A model generated the notes under the pieces. That model did no database searches. It was given only the letters and a program-made list of their open reading frames with translations, and was not told where the DNA came from. A stretch of 64,000 nucleotides of DNA from Camelus ferus. Lineage: Eukaryota. The position numbers and the translations under genes are program-made. Positions 26,131 through 38,257 of the stretch are shown here, in pieces (position 1 is the stretch's first letter; every line of letters starts with the position of its first letter). Location of the stretch: assembly GCF_009834535.1 (NCBI RefSeq), contig NC_045696.1:113772001-113836000 (forward strand), given 5' to 3'.

Positions 26131-27429
26131 GCTTACTATAAATACCATGCAAGAAAGACCGCATAGCCCCACCCTGAAGCACAAAACATTTGTTTCTAAA
26201 TGGACCAAAAATTCTTGAAAGAGACGAATGTAAATTATGAGAAAAGGAGGAAAAAACATTTTAAAAAATAGTTTATGTAAGAACAAGAGTCAGTTAAACC
26301 TGTATCTTTGTGTAAAGCCTGCTTCTGAGCTGATAGCATTTCTGGTGTTAAAATAGTTCCACAGACTCAATGTAGGAAAATCTTCTTTCTTCACATTCTA
26401 TCAAACTTACATTTGTGATCATCTGAAAATAGGTTACATTGAAGTTTAACAGAAATCTTGGGAGAAAAATTGACAGCGATTGGAAGGATGTGTACCAGAA
26501 AACAGTGTGAAATAAATTCATCACTCAAAAGAGTGGACGTTTTGACTTGTTTAAGGTAACTCTTTTTAAGACTCTAGAAGTGTGAACATACATATAGATG
26601 ATGTGTCAATTAGAAAACTTTTTTATGTGTGTTAAAGTATGCACGCTTAGTTTGTTACCGTGTATTTCACAAATGGCAGCCTTAAGTGGATAGGGCTATC
26701 TCCAGTTGGTGAAACGTAAGAAACATTATGATCTTTAGGCTTTTTCTTACTATCAATAGCTTAATTTTCAAAAATCTATTTATTTTATTAATGTGATTTT
26801 GCTTTAGGCAGGGATGAGTTTTCTTTTTCTTTCCTTCCTTTTTTTTTTTTTCAGAATGTATCTGCAATTGTCTGAGATACAGAAAAAGAAAACTAATTTG
26901 CTCAACATAAACCTTTCTGATTGCTGGGAAAAGGCTTTGGTAGAATGCAGGAACATCTGTGCAGAGGACAGACTCTTTAACATAAGCTGAGTCAGGGTGA
27001 TGGGTCCACTTCAGCTGACCTGGAGATCAAGCAGGCCTGGTTTCCACTGGGGTAAGGACTGCCTCTCTCTCTGGTGCAAGTTTTCTAAGTGAGAAATTAC
27101 ATCTTATTCCGTGTATAAGAAGTGAAGCTGTCTTACTCATCTTGTGCTCGGAAGTGCCTCATAAAGAGTAGAGTCTCAAAAGTTTTTTACTTTCTTTCTC
27201 TTCCCCCTAGTTTTATTGAGATACAACTGACATATAACACTACAAATTTCAGGTGTACAGCATAATGACGTGACACCAAAAGTTTCATGAATAAGTGACT
27301 TGCCTCTTAAAATAAATTTTTCTCTCAAAAAAAAAAAAAAAAAACCCCTCCAAATTTCAGCAAACCCCAGAAGTACTTTTTGGAAGTGGGGAGGCAGATG
27401 AAGTTCTGTGTTCCAATATTCCCAAAGGG

Positions 27430-27434
<5 letters not shown>

Positions 27435-27492
<58 letters not shown>
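27435..27492. repeat. (AC)29 microsatellite
   Basis: Direct read of a perfect dinucleotide run. Confidence 0.97.
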
Positions 27493-27494
<2 letters not shown>

Positions 27495-28749
27495 CCTTTT
27501 CAGGCCATTACCTCCAAATGAGGCTATACGCAGTCTCAGACATAAACAGGACTAAAATAGGAATACAGAAGTTGAAAGAACCAAGTATTTGCCATTCAGT
27601 TTTAAATTAGTGCATCATAATTGAATGTCACCATCTGGCATGAAATATGAATTAATTGAAAATAGTTTATAATGATCTTGCACAATTATATTTTATCTTC
27701 TTCTTGGTATTAAAAGCATTATTATATGTATTCTACATATATCACAATTTAATTAAATTCTATTTTTATATTTCTGCATTAAAAAAGTTTTTATTACTGA
27801 AAAATAACAAACATAGAAAAATTTGAAAAGATGCTAATTTCTTCATGTTTTATAAACCAGCCAGGGTCCTCAGAGAGACCTTGATTCCTACTTGTCATTT
27901 CTCTCTTGTCTAAAATTTCACTTAACTAGTGAGCTTTTTCCTAAAAATGGAAGGTGGGCTCTCATAAAATAGTAAGACTATTAATTAAATACTCTAAGAA
28001 GAATTTCTCACTGAGAACATCAATGAAAACACCAAATGAAAAACCTTTGGATTTTTGCATTTTCCAAAATAAACCCAAATACGTAAAAAATTGGCAATTG
28101 GTTTGTCTTTAGTTAAAGAAGCTGATCAGAGACATATAACTAAATATCTAGGAACACACAGGAAGCCTGAACTCTCAGTCTTTAGCACACCAGCAAGCCA
28201 CAAAGGCTTGGCCATAAGATCTTTTCAGTTTTCCCAGGAAGCTGTATTTCCTGCTTTACTAAAAAGTATTTCCTAGTTCAGGGGCTTTTTTGCTGTAATA
28301 GCTGGTGGGGATACAACGTTATTAAAACGCCAAAAAGGTCACGTCCATGTGGTGTTGCCTGGTTGCTATCAGATTTTAATAGCTCGCATTTCCCAAATTA
28401 ACATCTTCTGGTAGGCATCTAATTAAAAATTAAGCTATTCAATTTGAATTTGTATTATTCTTTGGCAGCAGGATGTAATGCGCTCTTTAAACGTGCTTTC
28501 CCATCTATAACGATTTTTCATTAATTTTTATCACACTGTGCTTTTTCCTTCTTGGCAAATACTAGGTTTTAAAAAGACTAATGACCAGACCCAACTGAAA
28601 AAGAAAGCAGTTACAGATTCTGGAAATTTTCAATCAGTAATAGCAAAAATAATAGTGACGGTTAGTGGTGGTGGGTGGTGGCGGTAGGAAGCAATTGACT
28701 GAGGGCTGACATTTAAGTCCTGAGTGGCTGCAGCTCCACACCAGGTTTA

Positions 28750-28908
<159 letters not shown>

Positions 28909-29959
28909 CTAGAAGAGAATGTAAAGTTGGTATAAATAGACATACCTTTTACTAGACAAAATAATCCAAGGGCCATTGGTCCACCATGTGCTGAATTTCT
29001 CCTTAGGCACACGAGAAGGATCAATAAACAAAATCATTACTTTAGAACTTGTCATTCTGGGCACAGACAAGTGGCCAGCGGCCAAACCATGACATTCTCC
29101 TTTTGATGAAGAGTCTAATCATTTAATTAATGTTCTGGGGACTTACTTTCCTCTCTGCACAATTGCAGGAATGCTCATGAGGGGAAAACTAAGTCTAACT
29201 TCTAAAAAAACTTTAAAGAAAAAAATTTTCAAAAACTAAAAACTTCAAAGGGAAGTTTTGTCAGATGCCAGTTATTTGAAGGATTTTGTACATTTATAAA
29301 ATTAAAAAAAAAAAACCCATGGCGATTCTACAAAAGGAAATGAATATTTTACGCTACAGTTTAAAAACATAAGTAGGGCACATATGTAAACAATACATTT
29401 AGTTTCCAGAAAAACTATATTAATTATAACTTAACAAACCTTTTCCTCCTTAAATTCTCTATTTTGAATGTAATATGAGTGCAGCCTACTTTTAATTGCT
29501 AGATCACAAGTATACTTTGCTTAGCATAATTTTGAAACATGGTTATAAACACTTTAAAAGGATTTTGGCTGAAAATGTTAAGTCCAAATCAGTTTTATAA
29601 CTGATAAAATTCTGCTTTACAAACTTCTTACATAAGCAACAATAAGGTTTTTATTGCTATTTATTCATATTGTGCTTACAAATGTTCCAAAAATTTCAAA
29701 TTGAAATATTAAAAAAGTCCTGATGTTCTAAAGACCAGTCCTTCTGGTACCCTGTGTTCAAAATGATTTTGAACCAAGAAACACATGGCAGATCTTTGAT
29801 GGCGCTGCCGCCCCACCAGGGCACTGTGTATCCACTCAGACAACAGATTTGCTTAATTCATATGATATCAAGGTCAGAAAGGACAGATCGGGTCTTCTAC
29901 AAATGTTCAACAGCATGGTACCATTTTCAGGCTAGAGCAGCCCTCCTTACGGGAACTGC

Positions 29960-31170
29960 CCTTTTGGCAATACACCAGGTCAGATAACCCTGACATCTCC
30001 CCACCCCAACATACACCCAAACACCCAGAAATGTTGAAGAAAATATAACTAGCATTCTTTAAAACACATAGTTGATTTGCAGAGGGCATCCCCAGAGGCC
30101 CTAACTGAGAACCAAAAATTACAGTGAGCACCTGATCTAACAGTGTAGCCGCCAGGGGTTGTGATGCCCTCATGGACACAGAAGATGAAACCTGAGGTCT
30201 GCATGTCACAAGGGGTTGGTATTGAGACCCCTTCCATAAATCAGGACACCCGAGCAGCTAGCCTGAGAGGCTGGACCTGAAAAGATGATGCTTTGTGGGA
30301 GAGAGAGCTAAGAAACTTGCTGGAGAAACCCTGGGCACGGGAGTTGGGAGAAAAGTGTTTCCCCTGAGAATTCTAAATCCTGGGCACATATACTATGTAA
30401 ACAGTCGCTAAAAAAAGAGCTTAAATGACTATATTACTATCAGATCAAATACACACTTAAGGCAAAGGGTATTTAAGGCAAATGTGAATAAAAAGAATAA
30501 CTGCATTATGATGAAATGAATAATTCATCAGGGAAGTATAACACTTCTGAATGTGTTATACCTAACAACACAGCCAAAAGTATAAACAGTAGAAATTGGC
30601 AGCATTATAAGGAGAAAATGACACATCTACAATCAAAGAGGGACATTTTCACTGCAGTAGATGATAGGTCAGCCAGACCAAAATGTAGTAAGATATGAAA
30701 ATATGAAAAGCCCAATTAATAGAATCAAGGTACTGAATAAAGATAAAATTCCACACTCAACAATTAAAGAATACATGTTCTTCTCCAAGCCCGTAAGAAA
30801 CACTGATAAAAACTGATCTCATGCTAAGCCACCGAGGAAGCATAACATACTTCCCCAAATTATTAAGACCATAAAGATCCCCCATTACACGTCTGGAAAC
30901 TGAAAAACACATTTTCAAATAATTCTTGGATCAAAGAAAGAAACCAGCTATGTTTATAATGGAAAGACAATGGAAAAATGTTGGGTTGCCAATACCAAAA
31001 TTTGTGATTTGGTTAAAACAGTTTAAAAAGAGACATCTACAGTTTCAAATGCACATATTAAAAAGGAAGAAAGACATTAAGTGTCCAACTAAGGAAGAAA
31101 AAAGAACAACAGAGGAAATCTCATGAAAGTAGAAACAGATGGGCAGAAGTTAATGAAATAGAGAATATCT
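29960..31170 (+). mobile_element. Old decayed L1 (including ORF2 endonuclease-region remnants)
   Basis: A-rich L1-like tracts (CCACACTCAACAATTAAAGAATACATGTTCTTCTCCAAG, CCAATACCAAAATTTGTG); no intact frame. Confidence 0.6.
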
Positions 31171-31397
31171 AAAGATATTAAAATCCTACAGAGGAGTGAG
31201 AGTACCCAGCCCTTTAGGTGCTAGATGAAAAGATAAAACATTTTTATGATCTAATGTAAATGATGAGTGACTTTTATATATAATAACAGTATTTGAAAAA
31301 CCTATCAGATATTGATTGATTACTCTGAGCCAGTTAATCATCAAAGCAACTCAAGGATGGAAGCATTATTATTGTACTCACTTTAAAAATAAAGAAA

Positions 31398-31556
31398 TTG
31401 TAACTATGTGAGGTGATAGATGCGAACTAAATTTATTGTGGTACTTATTTCACGATATATACGTATAACAAATAATGATGCTATATAGCTAAAATTAATA
31501 CAATGTTATATACCAATTATATCTTAATAAAACTGTAAGAAAAATTTAAATAAATA
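31398..31556 (+). mobile_element. L1 3' terminal fragment (L1MA-like) inside a MIR
   Basis: TTGTAACTATGTGAGGTGATAGATG..CAATTATATCTTAATAAAACTG + A tail. Confidence 0.8.
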
Positions 31557-31560
31557 AACA

Positions 31561-32158
31561 GAGAACTCTCCACACTGTTTTCCACTGTTGCTGCCCCAAT
31601 TTACACTCCTATCATGTCATCTAGTAATTCCACTCCTGGGTATTTACCTGAAGAAGACGAAAACACTAACTTAAAAAGATATACAGGGCACAACCATTGA
31701 ATGAATGACACAGCAACTGAGGACAGGACAGACTGTTTAGAATCAAGATGGTGGAAGATTCGACTTCCAGTTGACCTTGAGCCTCATGGCACACCCACAA
31801 AGCCATGACAGCTTCTAGGCTGATGGGATAGATCAAAAAGTGGGAGGGGGCTAGATTCATGGAAATCCCTGTCCCTTCCTGAAAATAGCTGGAATAATCC
31901 TCCTACTCATTAGCATATAAAATTACCAAGCCCATAAAACCTAACAGTTCTGCACGTCAAGGTCACTCTCTCTCTTGCCTTCTGAGACGGCCCGCACTCT
32001 GTCTATGGAGTGTGTATCTCTCTAAATAAACCTGCTTTCACTTAAAAAAAAATTAAAAGATACACACACCACTATGTTTACTGCAGCATTATTTATAATA
32101 GCCAAGCTATGGAAGCAACCTAAGTGCCCATTGATAAATGAATGGATAAAGATGTAGC

Positions 32159-32195
<37 letters not shown>

Positions 32196-32868
32196 AAAAT
32201 ATACACAAATATGGAATATTACTCAGCCATAAAAACAATGAAATCTTGCCATTTGCAGCAACATGGATGGATCTAGAGGGTATTATGCTAAATGAAATAA
32301 GTCAGTCAAAGACAAATATACAGTATGATTTCACTTACATGTGGAATCTCAAAAAACAAAACAAATGAACAAACAGAAACAGTCACAGATAACAGAGAAC
32401 TAACAGGTGGTTGCCAGAGGGGAGGTGAGTGGGGAGAGGAGAGAAACAGGTGAGGGAGATTAAGAGGTGCAAACTTGCAGTTACAATATAGAGTCATGGG
32501 GATGAAATGCACAGTGTGGGGAATACAGTCAATAATAATGTGCTATCTTTGTAATGGTGACAGATGGTAACTAGGCTTATCATGGTGATCACTTTGAAAT
32601 GCACAGAAATATCACATCAGTATGTTGTGTATTAGGAACTAACACAGAGTTGGAGATCAATTATACTTCAAAAACAAACTCATAGAAAAAGAGATCAGAT
32701 TTATGAGCAGAGAGGGAATTAAATGAAGGCAGTCAAAAGATAAACTTCCAGTTATAAGATAAATAAGTACTAGGGATGTAATGTACAGCATGATAAATAT
32801 AATTAACACTGCGATTTGTTATACACATAAACAATCAAGAGAGTAAATCCTAAGGGTTCTCATCACAA
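31561..32868 (+). mobile_element. L1 3' portion with short 5' inversion (31561-31614), split by an LTR-derived insert
   Basis: Antisense CTCCACACTGTTTTCCA..TTTACACTCC, then sense CTAGTAATTCCACTCCTGGGTATTTACCTG; resumes at 32055 with ORF2 end and 3'UTR. Confidence 0.85.
31686..32054 (+). mobile_element. MER41-like (ERV1) LTR fragment ending in poly(A)
   Basis: Similar to recalled MER41 motifs (CAAGATGG, GCCATGACAG, GAATAATCC..TTAGCATATAA, CTCTGTCTATGGAGT, AATAAA-C-TGCTTTCACTT); TSD AAAAGATA(T/C)ACA. Confidence 0.75.
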
Positions 32869-32979
32869 CAGAAAGGTTAAAGACCTGGCTCATGGTCCCA
32901 TGGTTGGTGAGTGGTGGAGCTGGAATTTGAACATAATTTTGTTGATCCAAAAGTCCAGCCTCAATGCCTCTGTTCTCTC

Positions 32980-34640
32980 TTTTTTTTTTAACTTTTAATT
33001 CTGAGATAATTAAAATAATAGATAATTATAGATTCAGATGAGGAAGAAACAATACAGACAGACCACATACATCCTTCCCTCAGTTTCTCCCAAAGGTAAC
33101 ATCCAGCATAATGACAGTACAGCATCACAGGAAACTGACAATGATAAGATCCACTGACCTTGCCTGCACATCACCAGTTCTACATGCACTCACGGATATA
33201 CATGTTTCTCTGCAACTGTATCATGTGTAGATTTGTGTGACCACCACCACTGTCAAGACACAGCACACTCCATCACTCACATCCTTTGTGTGACCCTTCA
33301 ACAGCCACAGTCACCTTCCTCCTTGCCTCCCTTCTTAGTTCTCAACAACCACAACTCTGTTCCTCATCTCTATAATTCTGTCACTTCAAGAATACTATAT
33401 AAATGAAATCACATGGGATGTCACTTTTTGAAATTGGCCCTTTTCACTCTGCATAATGCCCCTGAGATCCATCTAAGTTGTTTCCTGTTTCAAGAGTTTG
33501 TTGTTTTTATTGTTGAGGAGTATTTCACGATGTGGATGTACCAGTTTGTTTAACCTTTTACCCACTGTTTGTTTCCAGTTTTTGGCTATTACAAATAAAG
33601 CTGCTATGTATGCCCTACGTACAATAGCCAAGACATGGAAGCAACCTAAATGTCCACTGACAGATGACTGGATAAAGAAGTTGTGACACATTTATACAAT
33701 GGAATACTACTCAGCCATAAAAAGAATAAAATAATGCCATTTGCAGCCACATGAATGGACCTGGAGATCGTCATTCTAAACAAAGTAAGCCAGAAAGAGA
33801 AAGAAAAATACCATATGATATCACTTACATGTGGAATCTAAAAAAGAAAAAAAGGAAAAAAAGAAGGACACTATGAACTCATCTACAAAACAGAAACAGA
33901 CTTGCAGACATAGTAAACAATCTAATGGTTACCAGGGAAAGGGGGTGAGAAGGGATAAATTTGGGAGTTTGAGACTTACAAATGTTAGCCACTATATATA
34001 AAAGTAGGTTAAAAAAAAGTTCCTCTGCATAGCACAAGGAACTATGTTCAATATCTTGTAATAACCTTTAATGAAAAAGAATATGAAAATGAATATACGT
34101 ATGTATATGCATGACTGGGACACTGTGCTGTACACCAGAAATTGACACATTGTAACTGACTGTACTTCAATTAAAAAAAAAAAAACCTAAAAAAAATCTT
34201 TAAAAAACCCCAAAACAAATAAAGCTGCTATGAATATTTGTGTATGTGTGAATATAAGTTTTTACATCTCTAGGATAAATGTCCAAGAGTATAATTGTTG
34301 ACCTATATGGTGAGCTCATATTTAACTTTATAAGAAACTGCCAGACTTCTTTTCAGAGTGGTTGTACCATTTTACACTGATGCCAGCAGTGTAATCCAGT
34401 TTTCCTGCATCCTTGCTGGCATTCAGTGATATCAATATGCTTTATGTTTGCCATTCTGATAGGGTGTAGCAACATGTCATTGAGGCTTTAATTTGCATTT
34501 CCTTAGTTGCTAATGATGTTGAGCACTTTTGCATGTGATGATTTGCTATCTGGACACCCTCTGTCATGAGACAGGATGCTCATGTCTTTGGCCCATTTCT
34601 AACTAGGTTTTTTTCCTTTTCTTTTTTTTTTTTTACTGTT
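32980..34640 (-). mobile_element. Old L1 (3'UTR + ORF2 end) interrupted by a younger sense L1
   Basis: Antisense L1 motifs on both sides of the 33609-34214 insert (TTTGGCTATTACAAATAAAGCTGCTATG; AGAAACTGCCAGAC..TTTGCATTTCC). Confidence 0.85.
33609..34214 (+). mobile_element. Young 5'-truncated L1 with perfect 18-bp TSD
   Basis: ACAAATAAAGCTGCTATG at 33591-33608 and 34215-34232; [12 protein letters not shown] peptide; A-rich tail. Confidence 0.95.
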
Positions 34641-34812
34641 GACTCTCTAGTGTTTTAAGGGGAGATATTTTACTAAAAGTGAAGTATAGTTGGATAAAAA
34701 ATAATGAGTTTGCAAAGAACCTTGTGGGCTTTTAAGACAGAGAAGGCTTTATACTTTGTTTTATAATACTGATAAAAAGAATCTACTTTGGTGATGCTTG
34801 TCAACTTCTGTC

Positions 34813-35767
34813 GTGACCAGGCTACACATGTTTGAAGTTCTCTTTGGTATTTAAATAGGCAATAGCAACAATAAAAATTGTTACGTCGGAGTGCTTGGCA
34901 CATACTGACTGCTTACTAAATATTGATTATTTTTATTATTAGTTTAACTGTACAAAATCTCTCCTGAAATACTATATTAATCTGGAGGACAATTTAGTGA
35001 CGTGACATTATAGGGCAGAAAGATGGGAAACGTCTCTTCTGCTTTCTCAGGATATTCTGCAGTTTTCCAGCTGTTCATGAATAGACCACTGAATTAAACA
35101 GGAAGATGGATTGTTTCACATGTTCTAATGCTATAGACTCCCACAAATATCTCCTTTTGAAGCTGGAAAAAATTCATGATCCCAGAGTTTCAAGAAGTGT
35201 CACCCATCTACCTACTGCAATGTAAACCACGATCTCTTCGGGGGTCCCTCATTGTATTTCCACTATTACTACACTTTCATGGGAACCGCCTCACCAAACC
35301 GAGAATTATTTGTGAAAGTGTTTCTCTTCAACTGATGTCCGATGCAGCGCCTGGCACGCAGAAAGAGCCCATTGTTGGCGGAACAAATGCTAATACATCA
35401 CAGGCTTGTGCTTAAACAGACACGTCTCTGAGGGGCTGTATCATCTTACTTACTGTTCTTTAGGTAAAAGACCATTTCAGAATCATAACTTGTAATAGAT
35501 TGAGTGCCGGAAAACTGTGCAGAATATCATGAGAAAGCAGAAGAGATTTTTACCAGCTTTCTGCCCTATAATGTCACGTTACTAAACTGTCCTCCCCTAT
35601 TTCAGGAGACATTTCGTACAGTTAAACCAATAATAAAAATAATCAATATTTAGTAAGCACTCAGTATGTGCCAAGCACTCTGACATAATAGTTTTTTTTT
35701 TTTTTTTATTGCTGCCATTGCCTATTTAAATTCTAAAGAGAACTTTAAAAATGTGTAGCCTGGTCAC
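34813..35767. repeat. Long inverted repeat: arms 34813-35071 and 35506-35767, spacer 434 bp
   Basis: Manual alignment of the left arm to the reverse complement of the right arm: ~22 mismatches in ~247 aligned nt, plus three indels. Confidence 0.95.
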
Positions 35768-36728
35768 ATCAGCAAAAGTGTTCCCCAACCAAGGCAAAAA
35801 CTTGCTAATAAAAGCTCTTGAAACAGCCAGCATTCCCTCTCAGACCCCATCAATAAACCCAGGGGAAAGAGAGAAGAGGATACAGGCAAACTGAATAATA
35901 AAAGGCCCGCAGTCCAGTCCAGACACATTTGGGATGCAAGAGCAGAAAATGCTGTTTGGAATATTGACAAATACCACAGGATTTGCAACTGTTAGAAGGA
36001 GATTTTTAGAGGCTGAGAAAGCACCCTGGCCCCCTTGCCCTCACCCTACAGGAGACTGCCCTGATCTCTCAGTTTCCCAGAAAGCCCATCATGTTATCTT
36101 GATCAGGGGGCTGAGCAGCAGTGCACCCTTCACTCTCCTGACAGAGAAACTAATGATAAAAAATGACCATAAAGAAAACTCCAGTTCCACCGAGTTCTGC
36201 GTGGCACACGACATACACCTGCTTCTGCACTCGTCGCTGTGTTTGAAGCAGAGCTCAATACTGATGTTTACATGATAGCTATCATTCCTCAAGGACAGGT
36301 AAAACTATATCGAGGGTCCTGTTTTCAGAGGCAAGGAAGATAGGACTTTTCAGAATATCTTACATATATTAAGGACGTGTTAAAACATGATTTGGATTTA
36401 GTGATACAGAAAACTTCCCGTGTGAAACAGGGAAACAACAGCTGTCCCATTAATGGCTGTGATGACTGCAGTACAAGGTTGGTTCTACTCCCAGGCCTGG
36501 CACCCAGCAGGAGCTCAAGCTGTGTGAGTCCCCCTCCCCTTCCTCACCTCTCCTGATTCCACAAGATCACTGCAGAGTGCATGCGTTCACATAATCATTC
36601 CTCCATCACTTGCATTTGAAATGTGTTTTCTTTATCCCACCCCCCTGCTCCAGAGCACAGATAACATTCCACAGAAGGGGAGAGAGATCATGGAAGGTAT
36701 GAACAGAGGTAGAGAAGGAAACATTTTA

Positions 36729-36834
36729 TTTTATTTTTATTGTTGTTGTTTTGTTTTGGGGAGGGGGTAAATTAGGTTTTTTTTTTTTTTTAAACAGAAT
36801 TACTGGGGCTCTACTACTGAGCAATACCCTCCTC
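36729..36834 (-). mobile_element. Camelid SINE, long form, with internal deletion removing B-box and anticodon arm
   Basis: TACTGGGG joined directly to CTCTACTACTGAGC; 17-bp TSD GAGAAG(G/A)AAACATTTTA at 36712 and 36836. Confidence 0.85.
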
Positions 36835-36913
36835 TGAGAAGAAAACATTTTAATAAAGTATTTCTGACTAACTGACTCTATACGCAATTTAGAAAAATGT
36901 TTTGAAGCAAATA

Positions 36914-37105
36914 TAGAAGAAACTTTTTTTTAAAATCTATTTTTATATATAGTGGCTAACATTTGTAAATCTCAGACTCCCAAATTTATCCCTTACCACC
37001 CCCTTTCCCCAGTAACTGTAAGATTGTTTACTATATCTGAGAGTCTGTTTCTACCAGAAATTGACTCATTGTAATTGACTATACTTCAAGTAAAAAAAAT
37101 AAATC
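36914..37105. mobile_element. Miniature 5'-inverted L1 (3'UTR only)
   Basis: Antisense 3'UTR (to ~37052), then sense terminus ACCAGAAATTGACTCATTGTAATTGACTATACTTCAA + A tail; TSD AAGCAAATA. Confidence 0.85.
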
Positions 37106-37761
37106 AAGCAAATAAACACCTCAAAGCTGGAAAGCTGATAATGACAGTAAAAGTGATCAATTAAAATAAGATTTCAGTAATAACTTCTCTTTTTAACACA
37201 GCTTCCATTTTTCAAAAGAGTTTGATCAGGAGATAAGTGGCACTGTGATTTTACTGAGGAAGTATGAGATCAGTGAGAACTACATTCCTCTTGAAAATAC
37301 TTTTCCATGGAGACCCAGAGAGGAAACATTTGGAGCCCCTGTGCCATAAATCAGTGAATCATGTAACAAAGGTCCAAAAATAGCAGGGTTAACATCATTC
37401 AAATGGATCTCAGCCATAGGCTCCCTATGAAACTGTTTATGTGAACAGGTTGTTCGTGCACATTTGAAAATGTCAGACTACTACCCTCCTTGAGATTTCA
37501 AGTGCTCCTTTTTTAAAGCTGACTCAAGAGTGCTGTCCCAATAACTAACACATCTTCAGGTTATTTTAAAGTACTACCAACACGATAAAAACTGGAAGAA
37601 CACATTTAAATGAGGGGAATCACAAATCTGAAAGACACGCTAAGAAATATACATTACCAGAACAAAACAAAATCCCTCCCCAATTAAAAAAAAACGTGGA
37701 AATATATTCCGTCTTGAATAACTGACAGTAGGGGAATTAAAATTAAACATTGCTATGATGT

Positions 37762-37936
37762 GGGGGAGGGTATATCTCAAGGGGCAGTGAGCATGCTTAG
37801 CATGCACGAGGTCCTGGGTTCAATCCCCAGTACCTCATCTAAAAATAAAGAAATAAATAAACCTAATTACCTCCCCCCCACACACAAAAAAATAAAAACA
37901 AAACAAAAACAAACAGAAAGAAAAAAGAAAAAAGAA
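37762..37936 (+). mobile_element. Camelid SINE, long form
   Basis: GGGGGAGGGTATATCTCAAG..GCATGCTTAGCATGCACGAGGTCCTGGGTTCAATCCCCAG..ACCTAATTACCTCCCCCC + A tail. Confidence 0.92.
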
Positions 37937-38128
37937 ACCATGATGCATGAAGATGATCTCCACCTTGCATGTTCCATTTGGCTGCGGGTCAGAGATACTT
38001 TTTGAAAGCTTTCAAGTACAATTTAAATGATTAAAAATAAAAAACTTGATAGTATAGACACTGAAATTTTAAAAGTCTTCTGCTGTTCCTTTCAAATGTA
38101 GAAGTAAAAAAGTACGCAACTAGAAAAT

Positions 38129-38257
38129 GCTCAGTGATAGAGCACATGCTTAGCATACACAAGGTCCTGGGTTCAATCCCCAGTACCTCCTCCAAAATTA
38201 AATAAACCTAATTACCTCCCCCCACCCCCAAAAATTTAAAAAATAATTAAAAAAAAA
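38129..38257 (+). mobile_element. Camelid SINE, long form, 5'-truncated
   Basis: Starts at GCTCAGTGATAGAGCACATGCTTAGC; ACCTAATTACCTCCCCC + A tail. Confidence 0.9.

Noticed and set aside
34813..35767. DNA transposon with long TIRs
   Set aside because: No clear TSD, no transposase remnant in the spacer, and the arms contain an old MIR/L2-like piece; a local inverted duplication fits better.
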